DNA of 60,493 nucleotides from Candidatus Fraserbacteria bacterium. GTDB taxonomy: Bacteria; Bipolaricaulota; Bipolaricaulia; RBG-16-55-9. Both the position numbers and the translations under genes were made by a program. The notes beneath the pieces were generated by a model. The model made no database searches, was not told the origin of the DNA, and worked only from the letters and a program-made list of their open reading frames with translations. Shown piece after piece: positions 44,374-53,323 of this stretch (the first letter of the stretch is position 1; the number at the start of each line of letters is the position of its first letter). The stretch spans positions 1-60,493 of the forward strand of contig JBBIPG010000004.1 in assembly GCA_037442925.1 (NCBI GenBank). The letters are read 5' to 3'.

Positions 44374-44403
44374 CTTCTCTCATCTTTCGTGCGACTCTGC
44401 CTT

Positions 44404-45981
44404 TCACGAACAGACGAGCGGCAGGAGTCGTTGTAGCTGTTGCAGGGAAGAGGGGGCGAACTGAGGAATTACCGTTGGGTTTGCAGGTTGGGTATCGGCA
44501 TTGGCAGACATGATGTCATTGGTGTTCTGCCCGGTGTGGTTCAACCCGAAGAGATGGCCCAACTCATGGGAAGCGACCGTTGCCAGAATGATATGAGCGG
44601 AGTTCCGGGATATGCGAGGGCCACTGGCTGGGACGAAGCTTCCCAAAAAGACCCGCGCCGTGCCAAAGCGGAAGCCCAAAGGAGCACGACCCAAAACGCT
44701 GCCTTCATTCTCAGGGCCGAAGAGAATGGCGGCAAACCCTCGAATGGGTTGTGAGAACGTGAACCGCACGTTCACTCCACGGTACTGTTCTTCCATGACA
44801 CGTTTCAATTGAGGCAAGAAAGAATCTTCCAATTCCTCGATACTCAAGCCTGTCAGTTCCACCAGAAGTGGAAGAGCATCCGCTCGGATCTCCAAGTAGG
44901 CGTATTGGCCGCAGCGGTTGAGCGGTGAGCCCAACTCCACAGCGAGCACCGACACGTTGTTGGCGTCATCGAGTTCGGGAATCCGACCTGTGGCGTCGGC
45001 CTGAACCCGGATGAGCCTCTCTCCCTCTTCCGCAACCCACGAGGCTTCCAGCTGGATGGTCCCACCGGCTGCCAAGCCTGCAACGGATTGAGTTATGACC
45101 GACTGGCCGTCCACTTGAAATGAGACCTGGAAACCGGATGCGGTGCCTAAACCTTGATTGACAACCGTGGCGCGCAGCGTCGCCACTTCGCCCAGTTGGG
45201 GGGCCGGTGGCTCGAGCTGAAGATCACGAACGACCAGATCGGCTCCCGTAGGCTCAGTGAATGAAACATCAAAGAGCTGCGTCAGGGTGTTGTTGCCCTC
45301 TTCGGATTCGCTGACCGTTCCAAAGCGATCCGCAAATAACCAGATGACCTGTGCGCCTTCCGCAGCGATCCATCGGGCTTCGACTGTCTGTTCTTCTCCG
45401 CTCTTTAACCCTGAAAGGAAGAGCGTGGCGATGGATCGAGGTCCTACTCCCATCCGTACCGCGAACCGGTCGTTAATATCTTGTGTGCCCTGATTGCGCA
45501 ACGTAGCCAGAACCCGTGTCTCTTCGCCGGGTTTGGGATGTTCGGGGACAAGAGTCAGTTTCGTGAAAGTCAAGTCCGCACCGTACACGAGCTGTAAGGA
45601 GAGAACGTTGTTCTCTTCGTTGGATTCCGCAACACGACTGGGAATATCCACTTCCACGCGAAGATTCTGCATGCCAGCGGTGACGACCCAGGGCGCTTCG
45701 ATGCGGGTCTCCGCTTGGGATCTAAGTTCACCGATGAACTGCGAGTGCTGGGGAAGATTGTTGATCTTAAGCAGCACCCAAAATCCTCGGGCATCTCCGG
45801 CACCTTGGTTGGCCACAGTCGCCGTGATCTGTGCCGCTTCACCTGGTCTCGCATCAGCAGGCAGGACTGCTAAGCGGGTGGGAATCAAGTCCGCAAGAGG
45901 AGTCGCAGGGGGCTGAGCCCCTTGAGATTGCCAAGCAAAGATCGTGGTCAAAAGCAAGATGAACGCAGTCGTTCGTATCAT
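44404..45981 (-). CDS. Secreted protein with three CARDB-like Ig domains and a C-terminal metzincin domain
   Basis: Signal peptide; repeats (A)DL...V.NQG...ESNE.NN; HELGHLFGLNH plus IMS Met-turn. Confidence 0.85.
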   Translation of the reverse strand: MIRTTAFILLLTTIFAWQSQGAQPPATPLADLIPTRLAVLPADARPGEAAQITATVANQGAGDARGFWVLLKINNLPQHSQFIGELRSQAETRIEAPWVVTAGMQNLRVEVDIPSRVAESNEENNVLSLQLVYGADLTFTKLTLVPEHPKPGEETRVLATLRNQGTQDINDRFAVRMGVGPRSIATLFLSGLKSGEEQTVEARWIAAEGAQVIWLFADRFGTVSESEEGNNTLTQLFDVSFTEPTGADLVVRDLQLEPPAPQLGEVATLRATVVNQGLGTASGFQVSFQVDGQSVITQSVAGLAAGGTIQLEASWVAEEGERLIRVQADATGRIPELDDANNVSVLAVELGSPLNRCGQYAYLEIRADALPLLVELTGLSIEELEDSFLPQLKRVMEEQYRGVNVRFTFSQPIRGFAAILFGPENEGSVLGRAPLGFRFGTARVFLGSFVPASGPRISRNSAHIILATVASHELGHLFGLNHTGQNTNDIMSANADTQPANPTVIPQFAPSSLQQLQRLLPLVCS

Positions 45982-47255
45982 CGCCGGATCACATCTGCTC
46001 CTACATAGTCTCGTAAGACCTCCGGTATCACTACAGTGCTATCGGGCTGCTGGTTTATCTCTACGATGGCACTCAGGAGCCGGGAGGTCGCAAGCCCTGA
46101 ACCGTTGAGTGTATGCACAAATTCGGGTTTGGCTCCCGGTTGGGCACGATAGCGAATGTCCCCGCGGCGAGCTTGATAATCCGTACAATTGCTGCACGAA
46201 GAGACCTCGTAGTAGCGCTTCTGAGAAGGAATCCAGACCTCGAGATCATACGTCTTCGCCGATTGTCCGGCGATATCACCAGTGGGCAGAAGGACTACCC
46301 GATAGTGCAAGTCCAGTGCCTGCAATACGGCCTCGGCATCCTGCACTAAGCGCTCCAGTTCATCGAACGAGTTTTCGGCGCGGGTGAACTTGAAGAGCTC
46401 TACTTTGTTGAACTGGTGCACGCGGATGAGCCCCCGCTCCTCTTCGCCTGCAGCGCCGGCCTCGCGACGGAAACAGGCCGTATAAGCCACGTACTTAAGG
46501 GGCAGTCGGTCTCCATCAAGGATCTCTCCCCGGTGGAGGCTGCACAGCAACGTCTCGGCCGTTGGGTTCAGGTAGAGGTCGTCCTTCTCAATGTAATATA
46601 CGTCGTCTTTGAACTTGGGGAGCTGCGCGGCTGTGAACATCGTCTCGGAGTTGCCGAGATACGGGGGCAGGATGGGGATATAGCCGGTCTTCTTGAAATG
46701 AAAATCCAAGAAGAAGTGAATCAATGCCATCTCGAGTCGTGCCCCCCAGCCCTTGTAGAGCGGGAAACGGGCTCCGGCAATGCGGGCGGCCCGCGGGAAA
46801 TCCAGAATACCCAACTCTTCGCCCAGATCGAGATGATGCTTCGGCTCGAAGTCGAACGTCGGTCTGGCCTTGTGCTCGCGCACCACGATCTTGTCTTCTT
46901 TGCGCATGCTGACGGGCACGCTCTCGTGTGGGACGTTGGGCAGGCGAATGAGAATCTCATTCAGTTCTGCCTCTACAGATGTGAGTTCTTTCTCGAGCCC
47001 CTTGATGCGGTCAGCGATCTGGCGCATCTGGCGAATGCGTTCTTGGGCTTCTGCCTCTCGTTTGCTGGCTTTTAAGCGGGCAATCTCGTCGGAAGCTTCA
47101 TTGCGCTGATGCTTGAGGGTCTCTACTTGTTGGATCAGCTTGCGTCGGCGATCATCGAGTTCTAAAAGCGGCGCTAAGCTCAAAGAGGGTTCTCGCGTCT
47201 TGAGCTTTCTTTCGATCTCTTGGGGGTTCTCGCGAATCGCCTTCAAATCCAGCAT
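45978..47255 (-). CDS. serS: Serine--tRNA ligase
   Basis: MLDLKAIREN, LPNVPHESVP, PTAE, FRREAG, HQFNKVE, EVSSCSNCTDYQARR, TLNGSGLA. Confidence 0.97.
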   Translation of the reverse strand: MLDLKAIRENPQEIERKLKTREPSLSLAPLLELDDRRRKLIQQVETLKHQRNEASDEIARLKASKREAEAQERIRQMRQIADRIKGLEKELTSVEAELNEILIRLPNVPHESVPVSMRKEDKIVVREHKARPTFDFEPKHHLDLGEELGILDFPRAARIAGARFPLYKGWGARLEMALIHFFLDFHFKKTGYIPILPPYLGNSETMFTAAQLPKFKDDVYYIEKDDLYLNPTAETLLCSLHRGEILDGDRLPLKYVAYTACFRREAGAAGEEERGLIRVHQFNKVELFKFTRAENSFDELERLVQDAEAVLQALDLHYRVVLLPTGDIAGQSAKTYDLEVWIPSQKRYYEVSSCSNCTDYQARRGDIRYRAQPGAKPEFVHTLNGSGLATSRLLSAIVEINQQPDSTVVIPEVLRDYVGADVIRR

Positions 47256-47354
47256 GACGGTGACAGCATTGTAGCGAGGAGCATCTGCTCTGGCAAGCGA
47301 AGGCTCCTCTTCCGCTTGCAATGTGAACGCTGACCTCTCATGATGAGAGGAGCC

Positions 47355-47705
47355 ATGCGCTCATCCCAACGCTTTCGGCGGGTCGAAAGGCTCAAAGAGA
47401 GCTCGGATTTCGAGAGGATCTATCGCATGGGCAGTCTCGTTCAGAACGAGCATCTTCGCCTATACGTCCTGGATCAAGAGAAAGATGCCCCTGCGCGTTT
47501 GGGTCTCACAGTGACTAAGAGGCTGGGTAAAGCCACCGTTCGCAATCGCCTGAAACGCTTACTCCGCGAGTGGTTTCGCACGCGCAAGGAGTGGTTTCGT
47601 GGCTTGGATCTGGTCATTCAACCCAAGCCTGCGGCCGCACATCTGACCCCCCAAGCCCTGTGGGAGAGCCTGGAGAGACTGGCCGCATCGCTGAAGCTCG
47701 ATTGA
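47355..47705 (+). CDS. rnpA: Ribonuclease P protein component
   Basis: RLK..SDF, RLGLTVTKRLGKATVRNRLKR (RNR motif), DLVI. Confidence 0.92.
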   Translation: MRSSQRFRRVERLKESSDFERIYRMGSLVQNEHLRLYVLDQEKDAPARLGLTVTKRLGKATVRNRLKRLLREWFRTRKEWFRGLDLVIQPKPAAAHLTPQALWESLERLAASLKLD

Positions 47706-47727
47706 ACCATTCCCTGTCGCATTCCAG

Positions 47728-47756
47728 TTGCACGCCAGCTGGATCTTTGCTATACT
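47728..47756 (+). promoter_or_regulatory. sigma70 promoter of greA-lysS
   Basis: TTGCAC-N17-TATACT. Confidence 0.7.
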
Positions 47757-47854
47757 TTGAGCACTTCAATACTGTAAAGCCGATGGCAAATATCCCTGAC
47801 CCCTTCTGTCTGAGACTCCATCTGAAGGGCTTCGAGGGGCACGAAGGAGAGCGT

Positions 47855-48340
47855 ATGGAAGAGTTGGATGAGATTGTCCTGACCAAAGAAGGCTATGAGT
47901 TGAAGAAAAAGGAGTTAGAAGAGTATCGCCGCATTCTGCATGAAGAGATTCCCAAGAGCCTCAAAGTGGCGAAGGAGCATGGCGGTGAGCTCCGTGAGAA
48001 TAAGGAATTCCTCGATATTCAGTCTCAGAAGGAGTTTTATGAGGCGGAGGTTCGCCGCCTGGAGGAACTTCTCGACAGAGCCAAGATCATTGACGAGGCC
48101 CACATCAGTACAAAGACCGTCGGCATCGGCACTCGCGTGACCCTGAAAGACGTATCTCGTAAGGGCCAAGTCACATATGAGGTTGTCAGTCAAGCCGAGG
48201 TCGATTTGGAAGCGAACAAGATCTCGGTCACTTCACCCTTGGGCAGGGTGCTTGTGGGGCGCAAGAAGGGCGAAGTGGTTGAACTGGAGACACCGGCGGG
48301 CAGAATCAAATATAGCATTGTAGGTATTCAGAGAGGCTAA
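47855..48340 (+). CDS. greA: Transcription elongation factor GreA
   Basis: LTKEGY..L..EL, GELRENKEF, ISVTSPLGRVL.G; AAGGAG RBS before ATG 47855. Confidence 0.92.
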   Translation: MEELDEIVLTKEGYELKKKELEEYRRILHEEIPKSLKVAKEHGGELRENKEFLDIQSQKEFYEAEVRRLEELLDRAKIIDEAHISTKTVGIGTRVTLKDVSRKGQVTYEVVSQAEVDLEANKISVTSPLGRVLVGRKKGEVVELETPAGRIKYSIVGIQRG

Positions 48341-48341
48341 T

Positions 48342-49832
48342 GTGTCTGACGCGCTGCGCGAGGATAGACTAAAGAAGCTCGCCGAACTGCGCGCACAGGG
48401 GATCGATCCCTATCCTACCAAGTTTGATCGCACGCATCTGCTTGGGCAGCTCCACGTTCAATTCCAGTTGCTTGTAGCCGGAGAGGAGACCTCCGAGCGG
48501 GTACGCGTGGCCGGCCGGATCATGGCCCGTCGCGTCATGGGGGGAGCCTCCTTCTATGATCTATGCGATGAGAGTGGGCGCATCCAGCTCCACGCCACCC
48601 AAGATCAGCTGGGAGAGGGGCGCTATCGGCTATTCACGGATCTGGAGGTCGGCGACTTCCTGGGTGTGAGCGGGCTGATCTTTCGCACGAAGCGGGGCGA
48701 GCTTTCCATTCGGGTGGAAGAGTACACGATGCTCGCCAAGGCACTGCGCTCCCTGCCTGAAAAATGGCATGGTCTTACGGACGTCGAGACGCGCTATCGC
48801 CAGCGCTATCTGGATCTGATTGCCAACGAAGAGACACGTCTCACGTTCATCACGCGCGCCAAGATCATCACAGCCATGCGCCGTTTCTTAGACGAACATG
48901 GTTTTCTGGAAGTGGAAACGCCCGTTTTGCAACCTCTCTATGGAGGGGCCTTTGCCCGACCTTTCACGACATACCACAACGAGCTGAAGCAGACGCTGTT
49001 TCTGCGCATCTCCGATGAGCTCTATTTGAAACGCTTGATCATCGGTGGCTTCGAGAAGGTGTACGAGATCGGGAAGGACTTTCGTAACGAGGGAATCTCC
49101 TCCGAACACAATCCGGAGTTCACGATGATGGAGTGCTATCAGGCGTACGCGGATTACGAAGATATGATGGCTCTCACAGAAGAGATGTTCTATTTCATCG
49201 CGCAGGAGCTGGGCAAGACAAAGCTCCAGTATCAGGGGCACGAGATCGATCTGACCCCTCCTTGGCGACGCTGGACTTTAAGGGAAGCTATTCAAGAAAA
49301 GACCGGCATCGATATTGAGGAGCATGCCGATCTGGAGAGCCTCAAGTCGGCCCTCCAACCAAGAAGCCTTCACATCGAACTCAAGCCCACTTGGGGGCAG
49401 TTGGTGGACGAGCTGATCAGCGAGTATGTAGAGCCGGAGCTGATTCAACCCACGTTCTTGCTCGATTACCCGGTGGAGCTCTCTCCGCTGGCCAAGATGA
49501 AGCGAAATGTGCCTCATGTGGTCGAGAGATTTGAGCCGTTCATTGGCGGCTTGGAGCTAGGAAATGCCTTCTCTGAGTTGAACGATCCTCTGGATCAACG
49601 AGAGCGGTTTGCCCAGCAAGAGGAGCGCAGACGCAAGGGCGATGAAGAAGCTCAAGTCCTCGATGAGGACTTTCTGCTGGCCATGGAGTACGGCATGCCG
49701 CCCACGGGCGGGTTGGGCATCGGCGTGGATCGGCTGACGATGCTCTTCACGAATTCAGACTCGATTCGCGAGGTCATCCTGTTTCCCGCTCTGCGCCCCA
49801 AGCAAAAGGAAAAAGAAGAAGAAAGGAGTTGA
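48342..49832 (+). CDS. lysS: Lysine--tRNA ligase (class II)
   Basis: GIDPYP, RYRQRYLDL, EVETP, GGAFARPF, FRNEG, HNPEF, YGMPPTGGLGIG.DR. Confidence 0.97.
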   Translation: MSDALREDRLKKLAELRAQGIDPYPTKFDRTHLLGQLHVQFQLLVAGEETSERVRVAGRIMARRVMGGASFYDLCDESGRIQLHATQDQLGEGRYRLFTDLEVGDFLGVSGLIFRTKRGELSIRVEEYTMLAKALRSLPEKWHGLTDVETRYRQRYLDLIANEETRLTFITRAKIITAMRRFLDEHGFLEVETPVLQPLYGGAFARPFTTYHNELKQTLFLRISDELYLKRLIIGGFEKVYEIGKDFRNEGISSEHNPEFTMMECYQAYADYEDMMALTEEMFYFIAQELGKTKLQYQGHEIDLTPPWRRWTLREAIQEKTGIDIEEHADLESLKSALQPRSLHIELKPTWGQLVDELISEYVEPELIQPTFLLDYPVELSPLAKMKRNVPHVVERFEPFIGGLELGNAFSELNDPLDQRERFAQQEERRRKGDEEAQVLDEDFLLAMEYGMPPTGGLGIGVDRLTMLFTNSDSIREVILFPALRPKQKEKEEERS

Positions 49833-49839
49833 TGGCTGC

Positions 49840-51000
49840 GTGAGCCATCGGGACGTAGCTGTCATTGGCGTTGGATACACGAACTTCAATAGCGTTACGC
49901 CCGAAGTCAACTGGAAAGAACTCATGTTCGAAGCGGCACAGAAAGCCTATCAAGACGCAGGGATCGATCCACGCCGGGAGGTCGATAGCTTCATCACCTG
50001 TGCCGAGGACTTCTGGGAGGGCTTTTCGATCTTCGACGAGTTCACGCCGGATCAATTGGGCGCTGCGCTTCGCCCCATGCACACTGTCCCTGGTGATGGA
50101 CTGCAGGGCTTGGCCAACGCCTACATGCAGATCAAGACCGGACTCTTTGACATCGTCGTTGTCGAGGCCCACAGCAAGATCTCGGAGCTTCTCACCTATG
50201 AAGATGTCGTTCAGCTCTCGTTCGACCCCATCTATGAAGCTCCGCTATCGAATGGAGTCCACCCCTACTATGTAGCCGGCCTGGAGATGAGAGCGTATCT
50301 GGAAGCCACGGGAACGACGGAGGAAGAGTGCGCGGCGGTTGTCGTTCAGAACAAGCGAAATGCTTTCTTGAATCCCTTGGCAGAGTTCGAGTGCGAGCTG
50401 GATGTGGAGAGCGTGATGAGATCCGACTATGCCTTTGATCCCTTGAAGGCCGTGGAGATCGCTCCGCGAGCGGATGGCGCGATTGTGTTCGTATTGGCAG
50501 GCGGAGAGATCGCTCGTGAACTGACAGATGTGCCCGTCTATCTGGAAGGGATCGGCTGGTGTTCTGAATCACCCTGGATCGCCTCGCGTAGCTCGGATGC
50601 CAGCTATGCGAAGCGGGCGGCTCAGATGGCATATCAACAAGCGGGTCTTGAGAATACTCAACTCATAGACATCGCTGAAGTGGACGATCAATTTGCTTTC
50701 AAAGCACTTCAGCATCTGGAGGCTCTGGGGCTCGCGCGCCCTGGCGAGGCAGGCTTCCTCATGGTCGAGGGAGCATTTGGCCCCCAAGGGCAGTTGGCTG
50801 TAAACCCCAGCGGGGGCTCTTTGGGCTGTGGGCATCTGATGGAAGCTTCCGGCCTGGCGAGAGCTCTCGAGATCGTGCTTCAACTGCGAGGGGAAGCGGG
50901 GCAAAGGCAAGTGGAAGATGCCATGATCGGCGTCGCTCAATCTTGGCGAGGTCTGCCTCATGGGACCGGAGCGGTCGCGGTGTTCTCACGGAGGGAATGA
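49840..51000 (+). CDS. Thiolase-fold protein 1 (SCP2/archaeal type) lacking the nucleophilic Cys
   Basis: VAVIGVG, VQNKRNAFLNP, ADGAIVFVL, EVDDQF, VNPSGGSLGCGH; TVPGDGLQG in place of VExACASG. Confidence 0.85.
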   Translation: MSHRDVAVIGVGYTNFNSVTPEVNWKELMFEAAQKAYQDAGIDPRREVDSFITCAEDFWEGFSIFDEFTPDQLGAALRPMHTVPGDGLQGLANAYMQIKTGLFDIVVVEAHSKISELLTYEDVVQLSFDPIYEAPLSNGVHPYYVAGLEMRAYLEATGTTEEECAAVVVQNKRNAFLNPLAEFECELDVESVMRSDYAFDPLKAVEIAPRADGAIVFVLAGGEIARELTDVPVYLEGIGWCSESPWIASRSSDASYAKRAAQMAYQQAGLENTQLIDIAEVDDQFAFKALQHLEALGLARPGEAGFLMVEGAFGPQGQLAVNPSGGSLGCGHLMEASGLARALEIVLQLRGEAGQRQVEDAMIGVAQSWRGLPHGTGAVAVFSRRE

Positions 51001-52187
51001 CCATGAATCTCGGGAAAATTCATAAAGATGTTGCGGTAGTCGGCGCGGGGATGACTCTCTTCTCTCGGCGTCTGCAAGAGACGGGCAAGGAGATGAGCTG
51101 GGAAGCCGCTCAGATGGCCCTCGATCAGGCGGGCCTCTCACTAGATGACATAGATGCCGTGATCATGGGCTCCGCGCCGGATGCCTTCGATGGGGTTCAC
51201 AAGAAGGGTGACTGGCTGCTCGATGGCGCTGGCGGAACCAACAGACCTTACATGCGGGTCTACACCGGTGGCGGCACGGCCGTCTTCGCCCCCATCGCGG
51301 GCTGGTGGCACGTGGCCTCCGGGTTGTTCGAGAAAGTTCTTGTGCTTTGTGAAGAGAAGATGAGCAGCTGCATGCCGCACGCGCAGAGCGCCTTCGCCCA
51401 CATCTGGGACCCCATACTGGATCGCCCGCTCAAGCCCAATCTCGTCTGGATCTTCTCCATGGAGATGCAGCGGTACATGCATACATATGACGTGCGCTAT
51501 GAGGACATCGCGCTGGTTGCTGTCAAGAACAAGCGCAACGCGGTAGGCCATCCCTGTGCTCAATTGGCCGATCCGGACATCACCCTAGATGACGTGCTCA
51601 CTTCAGAACCCATGGCACTGCCGGTGCGACGGCTCGATATCAGCCCGCCGTCGGATGGGGCGGCGGCTGTGGTGCTCGTGAGTGAAGATGTGGCCTATGA
51701 ACTGACGAATGAGCCCGTCTGGATTGATGGTGTGGGCTGGTGTATTGATTCTACTATGTGGACGAATCGCGATCTGGCCTTTCCCAAATTCGTGGCCCAT
51801 GCGGCGCGAATGGCCTACGAGATGGCCGGAATCAAAAACCCGCGTAAAGAGATCGACATTGCGGAACCGTACGATCCCTTCGACTACAAAGAACTTCAGC
51901 ACCTCGAAGCGCTGGGTCTCGCTGATCCCGGTCAAGCAGCCATCATGACCCGAGAGGGCAAGACGCAGCGCGATGGCGAACTCCCCGTCTGTCCCAGTGG
52001 AGGACTTCTGGGGGTGGGAAACCCCATCGCGGCCACGCTCGGGATCAAAGTAGGAGAACTCTTCTGGCAGCTCTCTGGGCAAGCGGGTGCCCGTCAAGTG
52101 CCTGGTGATCCAGCCGTGGGCGTGGCACAGGCGTGGGGCGACTTGATGCAGTTTAGCAGTGTGATCGTGATGAGGAGGCGCTCATGA
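50997..52187 (+). CDS. Thiolase-fold protein 2 lacking the nucleophilic Cys
   Basis: VAVVGAG, VKNKRNAVGHP, SDGAAAVVL, EPYDPF, PSGGLLGVGNP; RVYTGGGTA in place of VExACASG; ATGA overlap with gene 1. Confidence 0.85.
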   Translation: MTMNLGKIHKDVAVVGAGMTLFSRRLQETGKEMSWEAAQMALDQAGLSLDDIDAVIMGSAPDAFDGVHKKGDWLLDGAGGTNRPYMRVYTGGGTAVFAPIAGWWHVASGLFEKVLVLCEEKMSSCMPHAQSAFAHIWDPILDRPLKPNLVWIFSMEMQRYMHTYDVRYEDIALVAVKNKRNAVGHPCAQLADPDITLDDVLTSEPMALPVRRLDISPPSDGAAAVVLVSEDVAYELTNEPVWIDGVGWCIDSTMWTNRDLAFPKFVAHAARMAYEMAGIKNPRKEIDIAEPYDPFDYKELQHLEALGLADPGQAAIMTREGKTQRDGELPVCPSGGLLGVGNPIAATLGIKVGELFWQLSGQAGARQVPGDPAVGVAQAWGDLMQFSSVIVMRRRS

Positions 52188-52726
52188 ACCAAGCGATCAA
52201 ACCCAAGGGGAGGTCCCTTTCAACTGAACAGATGAAGCAAGTTCCGCACGTGATCGCACGGCCTCAGGCCAAGTACGCCTGGGCGGCGGGCGTGGCAATG
52301 AGTCACTTTTTAGAAGGGCTCAAACAAGGCAAGATCCTCGGCCGCCGATGTATTGCGTGCGAGAGGGTGCTTGTACCTCCCAGAATGTTCTGTGAGCGAT
52401 GCTATCGCACGACGGATGGGTGGGTAGAGCTACCCGGCACCGGCGTGATCGAGACGTTTTCGATCTCGTACATCGACACGAACGCGAATCGCATTAAGGA
52501 CCCCATCTTTGTCGGGGTGTTGGCCTTCGATGGTGCGCCCCCGCATTGTGGGATCATGCACTACTTCGGAGAAGTCTCTCCAGAGGAGATCCATATCGGG
52601 ATGCCGGTCGAGCCCCTCTGGAAGCCGGAAAGCGAGCGTGTGGGAGCCATCACAGACATCAAGTACTTCCGCCCTCGTGAAGGAATTCCGTCTAAGAGAA
52701 TCAGCCAGCGCCGTAAGCGAGGTTGA
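52184..52726 (+). CDS. DUF35-type Zn-ribbon/OB-fold protein 1
   Basis: CIAC...PPRMFCERC; G.IETFS; IGMPVEPLWK..R.GAITDIKYFRP. Confidence 0.9.
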   Translation: MNQAIKPKGRSLSTEQMKQVPHVIARPQAKYAWAAGVAMSHFLEGLKQGKILGRRCIACERVLVPPRMFCERCYRTTDGWVELPGTGVIETFSISYIDTNANRIKDPIFVGVLAFDGAPPHCGIMHYFGEVSPEEIHIGMPVEPLWKPESERVGAITDIKYFRPREGIPSKRISQRRKRG

Positions 52727-52732
52727 GAGGCG

Positions 52733-53218
52733 ATGACATTCAGCGAGAAGTTTCAGAGGACGACGGAGATGAAACACTGGCTGGGCGACATGGAGGTCGA
52801 TCACTTCCACTACACGGCCGGCGTCGCAGGCGAAAGATTTTTCATCGCGCTGCGGGATCGAGGAGTGATCCTCGGAGCCCGATGCGCGCCTTGTGGGATC
52901 ACGTACGTGCCACCCCGTATCTACTGTGAGCATTGTTTCGCAGAACTGAAAGAGGACGCCTACCAGGAGGTCGGCCCGCGCGGCTGGGTGCGTGCCTTCA
53001 CCATCGCTCGCCTCGGCAAAGACGGGCACCCACTCACGGAGCCTGAGATATTGGCCGTGATTGACTTCGGGTCAGATTCAACGGGCTTCTTGCACAAGCT
53101 AAGTGGAGTTGCACCCGAAGAAGTGAGGGTAGGCTTGGAAGTGGAAGCTCTACTCAAGCCCAAGGCCCAGCGCGAGGGGCGCATCACGGACATTGAGCAT
53201 TTCCGGCCGGTGGCGTAG
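52733..53218 (+). CDS. DUF35-type Zn-ribbon/OB-fold protein 2
   Basis: CAPC...PPRIYCEHC; R.GRITDIEHFRP. Confidence 0.9.
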   Translation: MTFSEKFQRTTEMKHWLGDMEVDHFHYTAGVAGERFFIALRDRGVILGARCAPCGITYVPPRIYCEHCFAELKEDAYQEVGPRGWVRAFTIARLGKDGHPLTEPEILAVIDFGSDSTGFLHKLSGVAPEEVRVGLEVEALLKPKAQREGRITDIEHFRPVA

Positions 53219-53323
53219 AGTTTGCTTTCATGGCATACAATATCGGACGACGACTGTCAGGAGCACTCGCGAACGGGGTAAAATAGGGGAAGTTCGGGTA
53301 GGCGACCGAAAGGAGATGGCATC

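Noticed and set aside
47570-47854. 95-aa N-terminal extension of GreA
   Set aside because: It overlaps rnpA and a clear promoter; the RBS supports ATG 47855.
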